Of a stretch of DNA of 64,000 nt, positions 1-12,300 are shown piece after piece. The notes beneath the pieces were generated by a model that had not been told where the DNA came from, ran no database searches, and saw only the letters and a list, made by a program, of their open reading frames with translations. Each line of letters opens with the position of its first letter. The stretch's first letter is position 1. The DNA comes from Phoronis australis. Its lineage: Eukaryota; Animalia; Phoronida. The stretch spans positions 136,288 to 200,287 of the forward strand of contig NMRA01000621.1 in the NCBI GenBank assembly GCA_002633005.1. Direction: 5' to 3'. The position numbers were made by a program, and so were the translations under genes.

Positions 1-68
1 AGGGACTAGGGGCACTGAGTCGTCCGGTGTCCAGCTATGCTGCGTTATCATTACAATTCTTGCTCCGA

Positions 69-203
69 TTATGTTTGTGGCGCCGTGTGCTTCGTTTCAG
101 GAAGTTCGCGTCGTTGCTGCGGCGGTACAAGAGCCTCTTCCGAGACTTTCTTAGGTCGGCCTTTAGGTTTCGTCGGTGCTTGTGTTCCGCCACGCTGCAA
201 AAC
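69..203 (-). CDS. Barx: Barx homeobox gene, exon 3 (terminal)
   Basis: Acceptor ttctccttttag|GTT. Translates as VLQRGGTQAPTKPKGRPKKVSEEALVPPQQRRELPETKHTAPQT*. PTKPKGRPKK is the Barx basic region that follows the homeodomain in BARX1/2. Not listed in the ORF track. Confidence 0.92.
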   Translation of the reverse strand, partial: VLQRGGTQAPTKPKGRPKKVSEEALVPPQQRRELPETKHTAPQT

Positions 204-481
204 CTAAAAGGAGAAATTTCTTATTATTTTTTCTGGGACAATATAAAATTGTTTCTAGAAGTCAATAAATTTTAAATTTACTTCATTGTTGGGAGAGTTG
301 AGTAATATTGAATTGAGGATAAAATATATCCGCGAATGCGTATTTAGGCCCATGCGTTTACTATCCAAAATAATAAATTTTCTAATTTTGCTCTATTATT
401 TGACATATAGGCACATTTCTTCTAATTTTCATTGATAGGCGTAGTCAGCTATCCTTTGTATTTGCAGCTTCTTATAGATAT

Positions 482-827
482 CAGTGGCGGATTTAGGGGG
501 GGCAAGGAGGCCATGGCCCCCCAAAAATTCTCCCAGATTCCATTTGGCAGTGCGGGGTGTGAATTTCTGATTAGTATATGCGCGCACCCAGGGGGGCTCG
601 CGGGGCCAATTCACAAGGCATAGGCCCTGAACAAACCCCGTCTACCGTTTCTTTATTATTATTTTTTTTTTTTTTTTTTTTTTAGTAACAAGGTTTACAA
701 ACCCAACATGTCGAGATCCCTGTATCCCTACATTTTAAGCTGGGCCCGCGCATGTGGAGAAATTCTGGTATTTCTGTGCCNNCCCCCCCCCCCCCCCCCC
801 CAACTCAAAATCCTGGGTGCGCCCCTG
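482..827. mobile_element. Non-autonomous DNA transposon (MITE) in Barx intron 2
   Basis: Termini CAGTGGCGGATTTAGG ... CCTGGGTGCGCCCCTG form an imperfect TIR flanked by GATAT direct repeats. A shorter relative lies at 31277-31428. Confidence 0.75.
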
Positions 828-1252
828 GATATGCCCATACGGCCGGGGTAAGTCACGATTCGATCCTTTAATGCTTTTGAGTAACAACCGACAGAGATGA
901 TGTAAGTTGCCCTAAAGCTAACAGCGTGGATGAAGCGGTAAATATCTTTACTTATGGGTAACGAGGTGCAAAGAAGTGAGAATTAAAAGAACACCTCAGT
1001 TTTCTCATTCGTTTACGCAAGTGCAAGTTATCCTTTATTTAGCTACACACGTTTGCATCCAATAACAGGCGAGCACTGACGCAAACTGCAAGAAAAACTC
1101 GCCAATCGACTGGATCTGAAAAGGTTATCCTGTCCTTTTCATCGTGGGTCACTATAATTCTATGCCTGAGTTGAGTTTTGCAGGAATAATGTCCTTATTT
1201 CACAAGTTACACGATGAGTCAGTAGGAAAACTTCAGTGCAAAATGAACTTGC

Positions 1253-1536
1253 CTGTTTTTTCCATTTCATTCGCCGATTTTGATACCACGTTTTAACTTG
1301 AATCTGGCTCAGTCCGAGGCATTCTGCTAAATCACTTCTGTCAGGCGTGGACAAATATTTATGACTCTCAAACTTTCTTTCTAGTCCCATGAGCTGGAGC
1401 TCCGTAAACACTGTTCTGCTGCGGCGACACTTTTTGGGCGGTGTGAAAGCATCTCCTCCCGACGATTTAGTTCTCACATACACCGGTAGAGGCACGGGTA
1501 CCGAAACGCCATCTCCGGCGTGACAGTGGAAGCTGT
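1253..1536 (-). CDS. Barx: Barx homeobox gene, exon 2 (homeodomain)
   Basis: Acceptor ttcttttcag|AC. Encodes [57 protein letters not shown], with the Barx-type [10 protein letters not shown] and Bar-class VKTWYQNRR signatures. Ends CAG|GCAAGT (GC donor, phase 0). Confidence 0.95.
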
Positions 1537-3599
1537 CTGAAAAGAATAGGAATGAACGTACGTCAACATTTAGTGCTTATAATTAAAGCTGACGAAATGA
1601 CTGCAAACAGAAGTGCAGTGACGGAATAACAACTTTTAGTTAGGCTCGAATTTGTTGGAAGCATGCGATACAAGAATGGCCGTGAATTCATCCCCCAATT
1701 TCGCTCAACATTTGAAACGTGTGGAGTTCCCGTTCAGTTTCTTTAAAACCGTATAGAACGAATTTTGACGAAAACCACTTTAGACAAAATTAATTACGAA
1801 ATGTTTCTCTTTCAGCATGACGTCTCATTTTTCAACGTAAACAGAATTTAGTAAAGAAAGTTTAAATTAAATTTTTTAACTTCTCGCTGTGCACCATTGA
1901 AATGAGGATTTTGTGTGGTACCAGTATCGTAAAAATGCAATACACACACGGCTGTAATTTACCATGTTCCAAACTGGTGAAAACAAGGGAAATAGTATAT
2001 TTGTCCGAGCTTAGTGACTATGTCGTTTCATTGTCAATCATACATTTAGTCATTGTTTTAACGTTCTATGTAGTAGTTTTCTAGAGTCCTTGGTGTAACG
2101 GAATGCGGCCGCTGACGTTCGGAATTTCGAACATTTTGCTGCCGCCGCAGGCACGTTTTTCATCCAGTTGTACTTCAAAATCGAACACTCGGAGATTTGT
2201 CGAGTTGCAGTTCCGCTTTTAAAGTTTTGGAACATGTCGATTTATTTCAACTTTTCCTTGATACGGATGCACTTCCGCTTGCAACTCGTCATCAAACTTT
2301 GTTTGAGATAAATTATTGTGTTCACAAATATTGAAACTTTGCACATCACTAACCCCACTTAACAGACAAAACAATGGATTGCATTTCCTTCGCACCAGTC
2401 CGGGGTTCCGTAAACAAATTAAACCAATTCGCTCCTATACAACTACAATTAACTTAAGCAATTAAATGAATACTGTTTAAGTAGCATTCTCCACTTAGCA
2501 AGGGTTGTAAGCAGTTGCGTTTAAAATAAACTCGAATCCGTAATGGTGTCATTAATTGATACCATTATCAAATATAGATTTAAGACGGAAAGTCTGTCGG
2601 GTCGTGTGTAACACAGGTCAAATTAAGTATATAGCCAGTTCGCTAGTTAGACTCTGGCGAAATGTACTTGGCACAAGTAACTAGGATGTTTTGGAAATTG
2701 TAGGTTTTCGTATTTGTTTCTAAGCTTCATAAAGACACCACTCCTTGCAATGGCATTCTTATACATTTCGTTGGTACCTGAACAACGGATTAGTATTGTA
2801 TTACTGTTCGATTTTTTGTAACCCTTTTCGTGTTTTAGATTAGTAAATGAACTTTTATTTTACATGTTCACAAAGTTTATCTGATCTACTTTGCCATGTG
2901 ATAGTGTCGAGTAATAGCGAGCTCAGTCAAGTTCTTCATCTATACATCTGTGCTAGAAGACGTGGGATAAAAATGTTAACGTTGCTAATTTTCTGCAGTA
3001 ATGGTTTTAGGAAATCGTAATGAAAATATGACTGCATATATAACGCAGTGGGTTTCTTATAAACTCGTATCAATACCCGCGGTCCCGCAGTTTCCATTGC
3101 GCGATCTTAATCTGGGTTGTCTTGGCTAAAGCTCCTCGCTTTTTGACGTCGTTCCCCATACTTAAGCTTGTGTCGATTTTTGTACAAGGGAAACACAATT
3201 CAATTTTTCCATTTTTACTCAAATGAAACTAAAATGTAAATTTACGTTTTTCACTATCACAGAGATACCAAAGCTCAAATACAATGTATATAATTTTAAT
3301 TATTTTTACAATTATGTTTTACGACTCGCTCGATTATTTACACAAAAAGTTTTATTCACACTTACCAAACTTCAAGAAGCCAAGTCTCTTGCTCTATAAT
3401 TAGACACAAGTCTGCCACGTCTTACCACATTGTATATACGGAAGCAGGTTGTTTCTTTTGAAAACCAGGATTTGTTGACAAACTGTTTCAATGTCAAACA
3501 ACTTACTGATTAGGAGAAAACATTGTGATATTTTTCTTTTCGCTTACAGCGCCAACGAAGTCGGTTTTTATTTAGCATGGCAAGACTGGCGGTTAAAAA

Positions 3600-3710
3600 A
3601 ATATTCTGTTTCAATTATAATTTAGGGTGGTTTTTGATATTCTTTTTCAATTATAAGGGTGGTTTTTGATATTCTGTTTCAATTATAAGGGTGGTTTTTG
3701 ATATTCTTTC
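3600..3710. repeat. About 31-bp minisatellite, 3-4 copies
   Basis: Repeats of atattct(g/t)tttcaattataagggtggtttttg. Confidence 0.85.
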
Positions 3711-3954
3711 TATTATGCAGCTTAGGGCTGTTGTGTCAAAAATAATTCCCTTTGGTTTATTAAAGGAAACATTAATTTAAAATTCACAAAAATGTGTTTA
3801 CAACGGGACGCGAATCCTTAGCCTGTTATCCAAAATAATTTTAAGATGGCATGATGAATTATGAAATACAATGCGGTATGTTTTATGACGAGTTTCTAAA
3901 AGGGTCATTTTAAGTTTAGAAGTAATAAGCAATGAAGTCGATCTAAATACTTAC

Positions 3955-4129
3955 ATGGATCTGAATACAAAAAGCTTGAAAATGCCGCCAACTGAGCCGG
4001 ATGGAAAACGGGATAAATGAGTGACGGGTACTTGCGAACTAATAAACTGTCAATCTTAGCCGAAGGCTTCTCCGACAGAATATCCTCGATCAGAAAGGAC
4101 GGTTTCTTCAGCGCGTCTCGCTTCGCCAT
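3955..4129 (-). CDS. Barx: Barx homeobox gene, exon 1 (MAKRDALKKPSFLIEDIL...LYSDP), contains the eh1 Groucho-binding motif
   Basis: ATG at 4129. FLIEDIL matches the eh1 motif of NKL-class homeoproteins. The exon ends CCA T|GTAAGT, a canonical phase-1 donor that joins exon 2 in frame (TAC, Tyr). Confidence 0.88.
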
Positions 4130-4400
4130 GATTCTCGTGTCGAACTGATGCCACGGCTGTGTTGTCTAGGTTTAAATTTGCCTATCAATTCTCGCCATAA
4201 ACCAATTACAAGACTTGTATAAACACTGCCGTGCGACCGTGCTGTGGTATCATTGGCTGGGCCGCATATCGCATCCCATGCTCGCGTTACTATTAACTAA
4301 TTGCTGTTAAAGATACTATAATTGGTTTCTTATGTGGCCTGCAGCTATCCAATGAAAACCGTGATCGAGTCACGTGACGGTTTTTCATTCCACGCTGCCA
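4130..4400 (-). promoter_or_regulatory. Putative Barx proximal promoter / 5' UTR
   Basis: CpG-enriched stretch upstream of the ATG, with TATA-like TTTAAA near 4171-4176, CCAAT motifs near 4202, 4252 and 4349, and GTCACGTGAC at 4369-4378. Confidence 0.45.
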
Positions 4401-4467
4401 GCTAGAACAGGGATGATTTCTGTAGACGCTGATAACTTCTCGCGAAGGAAGCTCGTTTAATATCGGG

Positions 4468-4675
4468 TAATCACGTGCATGGCTTATAACAAATAGCGGG
4501 ATCTCGAGAAGCTTTGCGTGATCTTGCGTTGTTGCGATGTTTTCGAGTTCCAAGGAATGCACGGCTTATAGTTGGCTACGTTTCGCGGAGCATTCAGTTT
4601 ATTTTAGCGAGAAAGCAAGATCACGCAAATCTTCGCAAGATATCGCCGTGCATTACAAGCAAACCACGTGATCAC
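4468..4675. repeat. Diverged inverted repeat (MITE-like palindrome) upstream of Barx
   Basis: atcacgtg...gatctcgagaagctttgcgtgatcttgc is mirrored by gcaagatcacgcaaatcttcgcaagatatc...cacgtgat. Confidence 0.6.
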
Positions 4676-4907
4676 ACTAGCTTTACCAGGGAGTGCATTC
4701 TGTCTACGGTTCTCGCCGCTATTGTAAGTGCCACTCGACACTCGGCAGGCTTCGTATGTTTAATGTTTAGAATAATCTGCACGTCCATTTTGATTCTGAC
4801 AACATACGTCAAAGAAAGATAAAACTTCTTTTCTACTTCTATACGTTCTCCGTTTCCGGTGATCTACTTGGATAATTCCTATATTCGGTGAAGTTCAAAA
4901 AATTGTG

Positions 4908-5020
4908 TAAGCCAATAGGGGCCCAGTTCTGTAAATGTAGGCCAATAGGGGCCTAGTTCTGTAATTGTAGGCCAATAGGGACCTAGTTCTGTAAATGTAG
5001 GTCAATAGGGACCAATAGTT
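4908..5020. repeat. 30-bp minisatellite, about 4 copies
   Basis: taggccaataggggcctagttctgtaaatg units. Confidence 0.88.
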
Positions 5021-6460
5021 CTGCTTTGTTAACAACCTTGAAAAAGGGTAAAGTATGACGGAACTCGAATATTTTGAGAATAAATTTGTCAACATTTTTT
5101 CAAAAGAGAGCTTCAAATGTTGTGGGAGGTATTGTTTTGCTTACCCTGTTTTGTCAGCGAGACTATAATGTAATGCATTCAACACACGATGTTGCGTTGG
5201 ACGTCCATCTTACGTTGGTCACAACAAAATAATGTCTTACAGTCTATATACGGAACATGTTCTTGACTTTTTTCATAAGCTTTTGTAAAACAAAACCTCG
5301 TTTTGCCATAGAAAGTAATAACAAGTGACAACATACGTGGAGTGCTCATAGGGAAACAGCTTTTGATTTGAAATAAAAACGGGAATATTTTTCAAAGAAA
5401 AAGACACGCGGTTGATGGAAATTTAAACCTACTCCTGTTGACAGTGGGGATAACAGAATGATAGCTTGCCGCTTGTTAAAATTTTTTTTTTTTAGTTTGC
5501 TGATGGAACGAGTGACGGTTTTTGTTATGCTCGCAAATTATGGTAAACAAAAACGAAGATAATGAAGGTATAGAAGAGATGAATGTAACAAACAAAAAAC
5601 ACCAGCAAGAATTTAAAATCTAAAAATAAAGCACACGAGAACGATCTCGGATTTTTATTTCTAAATATAAACAGTTGCCTATCCTTGAAATTTGTATGTA
5701 TTCTCCGTTTTGTTCAGCTGGTTTGCTGAGGTCGTCTGGGAAACAGTTTATGTTTCCAGTTCTCGAAATTTTCGTAACGTTGCGTAATGTCAACATAATT
5801 GACACATTTCTAGGATGATCAGAACTGTGGTCTGTTTCTTGTCACAGGACGCCCGTAGATTGTCACACTGTTTCTCACGATATGTCCGCCCCTCGGTCGT
5901 CCAGTGTTTGTATACTTTCTTAAGTTAATTTCTGAAGCACTCGTTGCCTGGGCTATTACGTCAGATTTTGACAGCGGAACGTTTTCATCAACTGTGATAA
6001 GAATACCAGATTAGGAGGTGTTTCTGTGGCTAATCATTGTCTTTCATGATACATTTCAACCAGTTTTTCGGTAAGAATTAAAAAGTAAATTAAGTTTGTT
6101 TTTCGTGTTTTTAAACAACGAGGTATTGTAGAAAAAAATGTTTTCATGATCGCCGTGGTGGGTTAATCTTTTCGACTCCTCTTCGCTTTGTTAGATGTTG
6201 ATGTAAATCTGGAAATTGGCTTTCAATGTAACTTTGGTGGATGGATGGAATCGAATTCTAACTCTTCTTCCTACTCAACTGCCATAGCATTGAACATTAA
6301 TGCTGAATATTTGATATTCAGAGTCGCTTTTATAGTGGATGAAGGGAATCGAATTCCCAATAATTTTCTTATAGCTACAAGATTTGAAAATTTTGAAAAA
6401 TATGTTCAGTGTGGTCGACTGTCCACCGGGAATGTTGTTACATTGCCTATGCCCTGAATA

Positions 6461-6586
6461 CCTCTAAAAAGAAAGACTTCGCGAGATTACGTGAGGTATT
6501 GCCGTGCATTTTAAATGAGAACACGTGACTTTGGCTAGATTTTAGGTAGGTCCTAGCGTAGGTCCTAGTGTTACTGAACGCACGCC
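6461..6586 (-). mobile_element. Partial copy of the MITE found at 36696-36856
   Basis: Reverse-complement match: gacttcgcgagattacgtgaggtattgccgtgcatttt...aggtcctagcgtaggtcctagtgttactgaacgcacgcc. Confidence 0.75.
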
Positions 6587-7269
6587 TGAATTAGATTCTT
6601 TGGCCTGTGTCTTCACGTTATGTACTTTTGGAACGGACCAGCTGAGCTATGGAGTCTGTCCGCACCGTTTCCTTTACCCCGCGGAGAGGGGGATATCACG
6701 TCACCAATTACTCCACAATTGTTTTTCTTGCCGTCACCAATACGAGCCAGTGACTCTCCCTTCGCCATTGGAATCAAGTTTGAATGTGCTCCTTGAAAAC
6801 TTCGCAACCAGTCGGTTCCTTATTTAATTATGTCGACAGTCTAGACTGCGGTTGTCCGCTGTTTTCTTAGCAAGACAATTATTGTTCAGTAAAAATCATT
6901 AAGAGTTGACTCCTTGGCCAATTAGACTAAAAGCGGCCCTTTGTTTACTTCGATGTGAGCATATAATGAAATTAGCCACCTTTAGGCAAGAGAAAAATAA
7001 AGAAAAAACATACCTCAGTAGCATAATCAAGTAAAAGATGACAAGACAGGAAACGTAACTTCTTTTAAAAATGGTGTGACGGGAGCGGTGTTACATCAGT
7101 CGACTGGTTTACACAGACTTTAATTTGTTAGACTTCACCTGGCATGGCTACTCCATGGATATATTTGGACGCTAACACTTTAAGGGTATGTAGTATCAGC
7201 AAGGATATCTATATCATTGCATTTCCTTGTATAATATCGGAGTGGATATTTCAAAGCATGAAAAGTCGA

Positions 7270-7345
7270 TGTATGTATGTATGTATGTATGTATGTATGT
7301 ATGTATGTATGTATGTATGTATGTATGTATGTATATATATATATC
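7270..7345. repeat. (TATG)n followed by (TA)n microsatellite
   Basis: Directly visible. It explains the MYVC-repeat ORFs. Confidence 0.95.
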
Positions 7346-9185
7346 CTTGTGTACTTTTGCAGTAGGTCCGTTAAAACCCAACAATTACCATTTATATCAT
7401 TATAGATTATTGTTATTTAATTTACATAAAGGTACATAAGTAATACATTTTAACGGAAATCGGGTAAATTCGTAATATTCAGGTTATCCAAGTCTTTGTT
7501 TATCGCCTAGAATATTTCAGCGTACTAATATATAACTTCGTCGTAGATATATTTTAACGTGATGAGTTTAAGGTAGATTACGCACTATTTTTGGTGGCTA
7601 ATTGAACTCTTTGTACGTTGCGGCATCTCGTGGAGTAAATAGTAGTCAGCCCTTCTCGGCGGAAGCACATTTCATTGAAATTGCTTTGTGCTAATTCATT
7701 GTTGACGTTGGTTTTTTGACGAAACAAAGGCATCACTCGATATCATAGTGTTATGCAAATAATAACGTGTGTAACAGTAGTATATGTCTTGTATATTGTT
7801 GTCGTGAAAAGTATTTTAACACACAAAAGCATTTTGCCAAAGAAGGAATTTATTGGGGGGTTAAATTTCTGAACCTCGTCCACAGTAAATCAGCCAATGG
7901 GACTGAATGGTGGTGTTTTTCAACTTTCGTTATTTTTTAAAACGCAATATTCACAATCTGTGTCGAATTATATCCTTGTTTTTTTATTGCTACTCATAAT
8001 ATTTCTTTCAACAAACTATTTGCGTTCCAAATACGCCAGGTGTCTGGAACGATTTTAATTACGGGGCACATATTTATCGGTTATTTTCAGTCCTTTTAAC
8101 TTTTTATTGTTTTAGCAGTTTTGAACACCAATTTCTTTTTCGTACGTGTGTAGATTCGTAAGAGGATTTGTTTTATGGTTTGTAGCCGAGAGAACCATCT
8201 CTCAGGTTTTGGATTTCCTTCAAACATAGAAGATATAGGCGGTCAAAAATGAAATCTTGGACGTTGTTCTGGAAAGAGATTTCGATGGCTGATACCTCTA
8301 TTGTTTGAGGGTTAGAAAAAAATGAGAAACTGTTCCCTGCATATTCACGATGAAAATATAAAGTTCATATATGAAGACACAACGCAAAAAAATTACATTT
8401 TTATCAATAATGGCGATTTTAAACGTTTGTGTGACGTTTTTGTGGTCATTAAGGATTCAGGAAATATGAATGATATTGTTTCAAATAGATACAATTAAAA
8501 ACCTTTTTGATAAAACGTGAACGACTTTATGATGGTTGAAATTTGTGGAACTCCATCAGGGATATTCGAATTCATTGAATGTATAGAATGCCTTTGGTTA
8601 TTAGTCATCGACAAATTAGGGTAACAAGTCAAACGAAATATCACTATTTTACTATAATAGTTTAAGAATTAATAAAATCATTCATTTTAAAATAGATTCT
8701 AACGAGTTTGTGGCCAAAAAGAGCATTTGGGGGAATTATCGTTGGGGTAGACTTTTTGATCTTATTAGCTGTGACCTGAACTATATAACAACAAAATTCG
8801 CTGTTTTTTATGATTTTATTTCAAATCGCCAATTCTCGCTGTTTTCTACCAGACATTCGATGAATTCAAGGCCTGTGACTTAAAGTGGTCAACAATTTAA
8901 ATAAGATGCCGTTTATCGAGTGAGATTTAGCCCAACAGTGAACCTTTAGAATGCGGCCAAGGGCTTCCAAGTTCGATTCCTCGCTTGGACTGGTCTCAGA
9001 AAATCAATTTCTCGCCATTAATGGCTCTTAGCTTCTAAAATGTCATTGTCACCTTTCATAAAAATAGATCTGGAATACGAATTCGCTTAAACTGAGTCTT
9101 GGGTGCTACTTTTGCAGTAATTCAATTTTTAATTCTTCGTATGAGAATATAATTATCTCTTTCTGCCAGAGGAAAACATTGTTTC

Positions 9186-9240
9186 TTATAACTGCACCTT
9201 ATAACTGCACCTTATAACTGCACCTTATAACTGCACCTTA
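9186..9240. repeat. 13-bp tandem repeat, 4 copies
   Basis: ttataactgcacc units. Confidence 0.9.
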
Positions 9241-9314
9241 TCATTTAGCTCACCAAATGTTTTGTTTCGACGCTTTGATTTTCAGCATTTTTTAGCTTTT
9301 GTTTTAAAAAGTGG

Positions 9315-9355
9315 GTCAAATAGTCAAATAGTCAAATAGTCAAATAGTCAAATAG
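9315..9355. repeat. 8-bp tandem repeat, 5 copies
   Basis: gtcaaata units. Confidence 0.9.
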
Positions 9356-12300
9356 GCCACGTCAACAAAATGTGTAAATATCAGACTTTCTTGCCGGCGC
9401 GTGCGATTCACAAACTTCTGGTGTAAGCAAGTCATGTTTTGCTAGAAGCTTGTTTTCTTAGATGAATCTAAACTGTGTATTGAATAAACACGGAATAGCA
9501 CATGAATGGTTTTCATATTGTAAAAATAGATGGAAACAGTTGTCGGGGGTCATCGCGTCCACTTGCTGGACCAAATTGAACATGTCAGTCAGGACGTTTG
9601 TCTAAAATGAGAGAATTAGGAAACTAATTGGTGGGCTGGACAAACAGTATATTGGGGCCTGTTTGATCCTGTAAAACCACACGCGTATTTAATACGCATT
9701 GTTCTCGTCATTGTATATGCCCACATTTATTTATTGATTTTATTTTAAAAACAATATCTTAGTGGCGACTTGTGCGAAATCTTAGAACGAATTGAAGATT
9801 GTCCTTTCATACTTTCTACGGTCATTGAATGGATGTGATGCGAACATAAACAATTTAAATATATATTTTCTTTAAAAGCGAAAAAGCCACCTTAATGAAG
9901 TTCGAAAATGTTTTGTGTTTTGGTTGCCCTGGTTTCGAAACGATAAAAGCGACATTTAATTTCACATCTCTGATATCGTTTGCCTGAATAAAAATCAGCA
10001 GTCATTTTGTGGAAGTTATATTGCTTACTCTCACTTAGATATATTCACTTCTCGTCTGAGAAAGGAAGTGGTTGTGATTAATTTTTAGCAGTAATCTGTC
10101 CAAACCAGAAGTTAATTTCTTCGTCAGAACGTGGCTTTGTAGCCACTGTAAGCAATCCTTTACTGGATGACTTGTTCAAATCACTGGCGAACGCAGTTTG
10201 AGTTCCATCCGAAATTGAAAACAAATCGTAATATTGTTTTAATTAGTTTTTATCTGATCGCGGGATCCGCGGGTTGTAATGAAGATGGTATTGTAAAAAC
10301 ACAAACGCCGTTTACTCAAACTGAACTAATTAAACAAAATGAATTTCAACTAATCTACTATAAATACAATTATGCAACAATTTTTCTAGTCGCCTAACAC
10401 ATTCGCACCATTTCTCAGTGTAAACTGACCTCTACTCGCTGTTTAAACTTCTCAACTTCCGATGAAACTTTTTGGCTACAAATAACAAATTCGAGCCACC
10501 AGAGACGCGCAGACATCCGCAGGGGGTCGACTTTGGTAATTAAGGAAAGTTAAGAATCTTCGTTATTGCTAATTCAAATAACCATATTAACAGCGTCTGA
10601 CACCAATTAGAATAAAGCGACTGTATTATTTTGCAAAAGGCACTTCGTTAGTTTAGAACTGATATCAACTGACACGGTGATTTCCGTTATGCAGTTGATT
10701 GTAGAGAGTGAAGCGAAAAGTAGCATCGTTAATTCGTACATAAATGTTTCTACCTGCAATCTGATAGACGTTCATACGATAGATAAATACGTGAAATCTT
10801 CAGTAAATATACACGGGTGTCAACATTGCTCCCTTGTAATACAACGCATTTACGTACGACGGCGAGTGAATTTCAGTATATTTTTTCGGACAGTAAACAT
10901 ATTTGAAGCTCCTTCTATCACAAAAACTAACGTTTGATTTAGATCACTTACTGTTACTGAGATTTGTCTCAAATTGTTGCTTAGTAACATTTTGTGTGAT
11001 TTATGGGGTGCGAAGGAATTGAGAATTGGTTTGTGTTCGAGACAAGAGTTTACAAGTTGGCTTGTCACGAGCGTGGTGCCAGAGAATAACGGACGGTCGA
11101 CTCTTTGTAAACTCATAAATCACGTGCCAACGTGGTAAGGAACAAGTTGTGACCAGTTTGTAGCGGTAAGGGGTTCGCTTTTTGGACACCTCGCGGGTTT
11201 GTGGCAGTGAAACTGACTCGTAATTGTATTTGGATAATCGCCTTGACGTTAACTGAGTGTTGTAGTCTGCGCAATATGAATGCGTCAACAATCCAAATTA
11301 TATTATTAATGAAAATGACGTTCCATGGAGCCGATGTGATCTATTGAAACAGCGGTTAGTTTTTAGCACAGATGCATATCAGTTTTAGCATACTTTGATT
11401 TTTTCATGGTTGTAAGTTTTATTGTCGCCCGTTAACGCGAGAAACTATTCATATTCTAATGTCCATTGTGACGTCTACCTTAAGCTATTTGTTAGCTAGT
11501 CATTGATATGCAAATGCCTAAGCGGGTTCTCTAGAGACCTTGTGGTTTGAGTTAGTCTTTTATCGGAGTTTGTGAAGTGTGGCAGTATCGTCGATATACG
11601 TACAATTATTATGTGATTGAAATGCAGTCGCTGGTCTTGATATTTTCTTGTGAATCGCGAACCCGTGACAGTTGCATATTTTTAAAATAAGTTAACAAAT
11701 CTAGCGTAACAAAAAGTTACCATTCCGTCGTGACGTCGCGTGACGTTGCGTGACGTTGCGTGAACTAGACAGTTGACTATTTCCTATCTAGCCGCACCAC
11801 AGTGATACGGAACGAGTCACTCCCACAAATAGCGATGTTTAATTCTCGTTAGTCACACTATTACCTAAAATTAAACGCGCTACTTCATTAAACGATCTAT
11901 TCACTTTCTCTAATAATACCAGCAAACTGTTCAACTTTGTTTATAGAGACAATTTCTACCTGCCAACATCGGAGCCTAGACTCACTAAACACGTCAACTC
12001 TAATAAAGCTTGATTTCTGATTAGTTTAGTTGAGCCAGGCGCTTTTCACGAGAATTGTTCTAAATTACAAATTTCGGCCTCCGTTCGCAGACACGAAATC
12101 GAGACGACGAGCGATCCTGCCGGGGCTGAGAGACCAGTTTGTTAGCAATCAATGATTAAGTGTCAAAGGTAATTTTTCCCCACCACGAGAGGTTGAGAGT
12201 AATGGTTTTTACAAGTCTTCAGTGAATTTTTATCAGTAATTGAATTAGAGCGTATTTAAGCTTATTTTTACGCAATAATTTTGCTCAATAGTCATTGAAA

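Noticed and set aside
1160-1252. ASSFCTEV...STQA as the true Barx C-terminus
   Set aside because: The conserved Barx basic region is encoded at 203-69, so this stretch is most likely intron read-through.
7144-7439. ORFs with MYVC repeats
   Set aside because: Translation of a (TATG)n microsatellite.
8920-9000. Possible tRNA or tRNA-derived SINE (B-box-like GTTCGATTCC near 8971)
   Set aside because: No convincing A-box or cloverleaf. At most a decayed SINE head.
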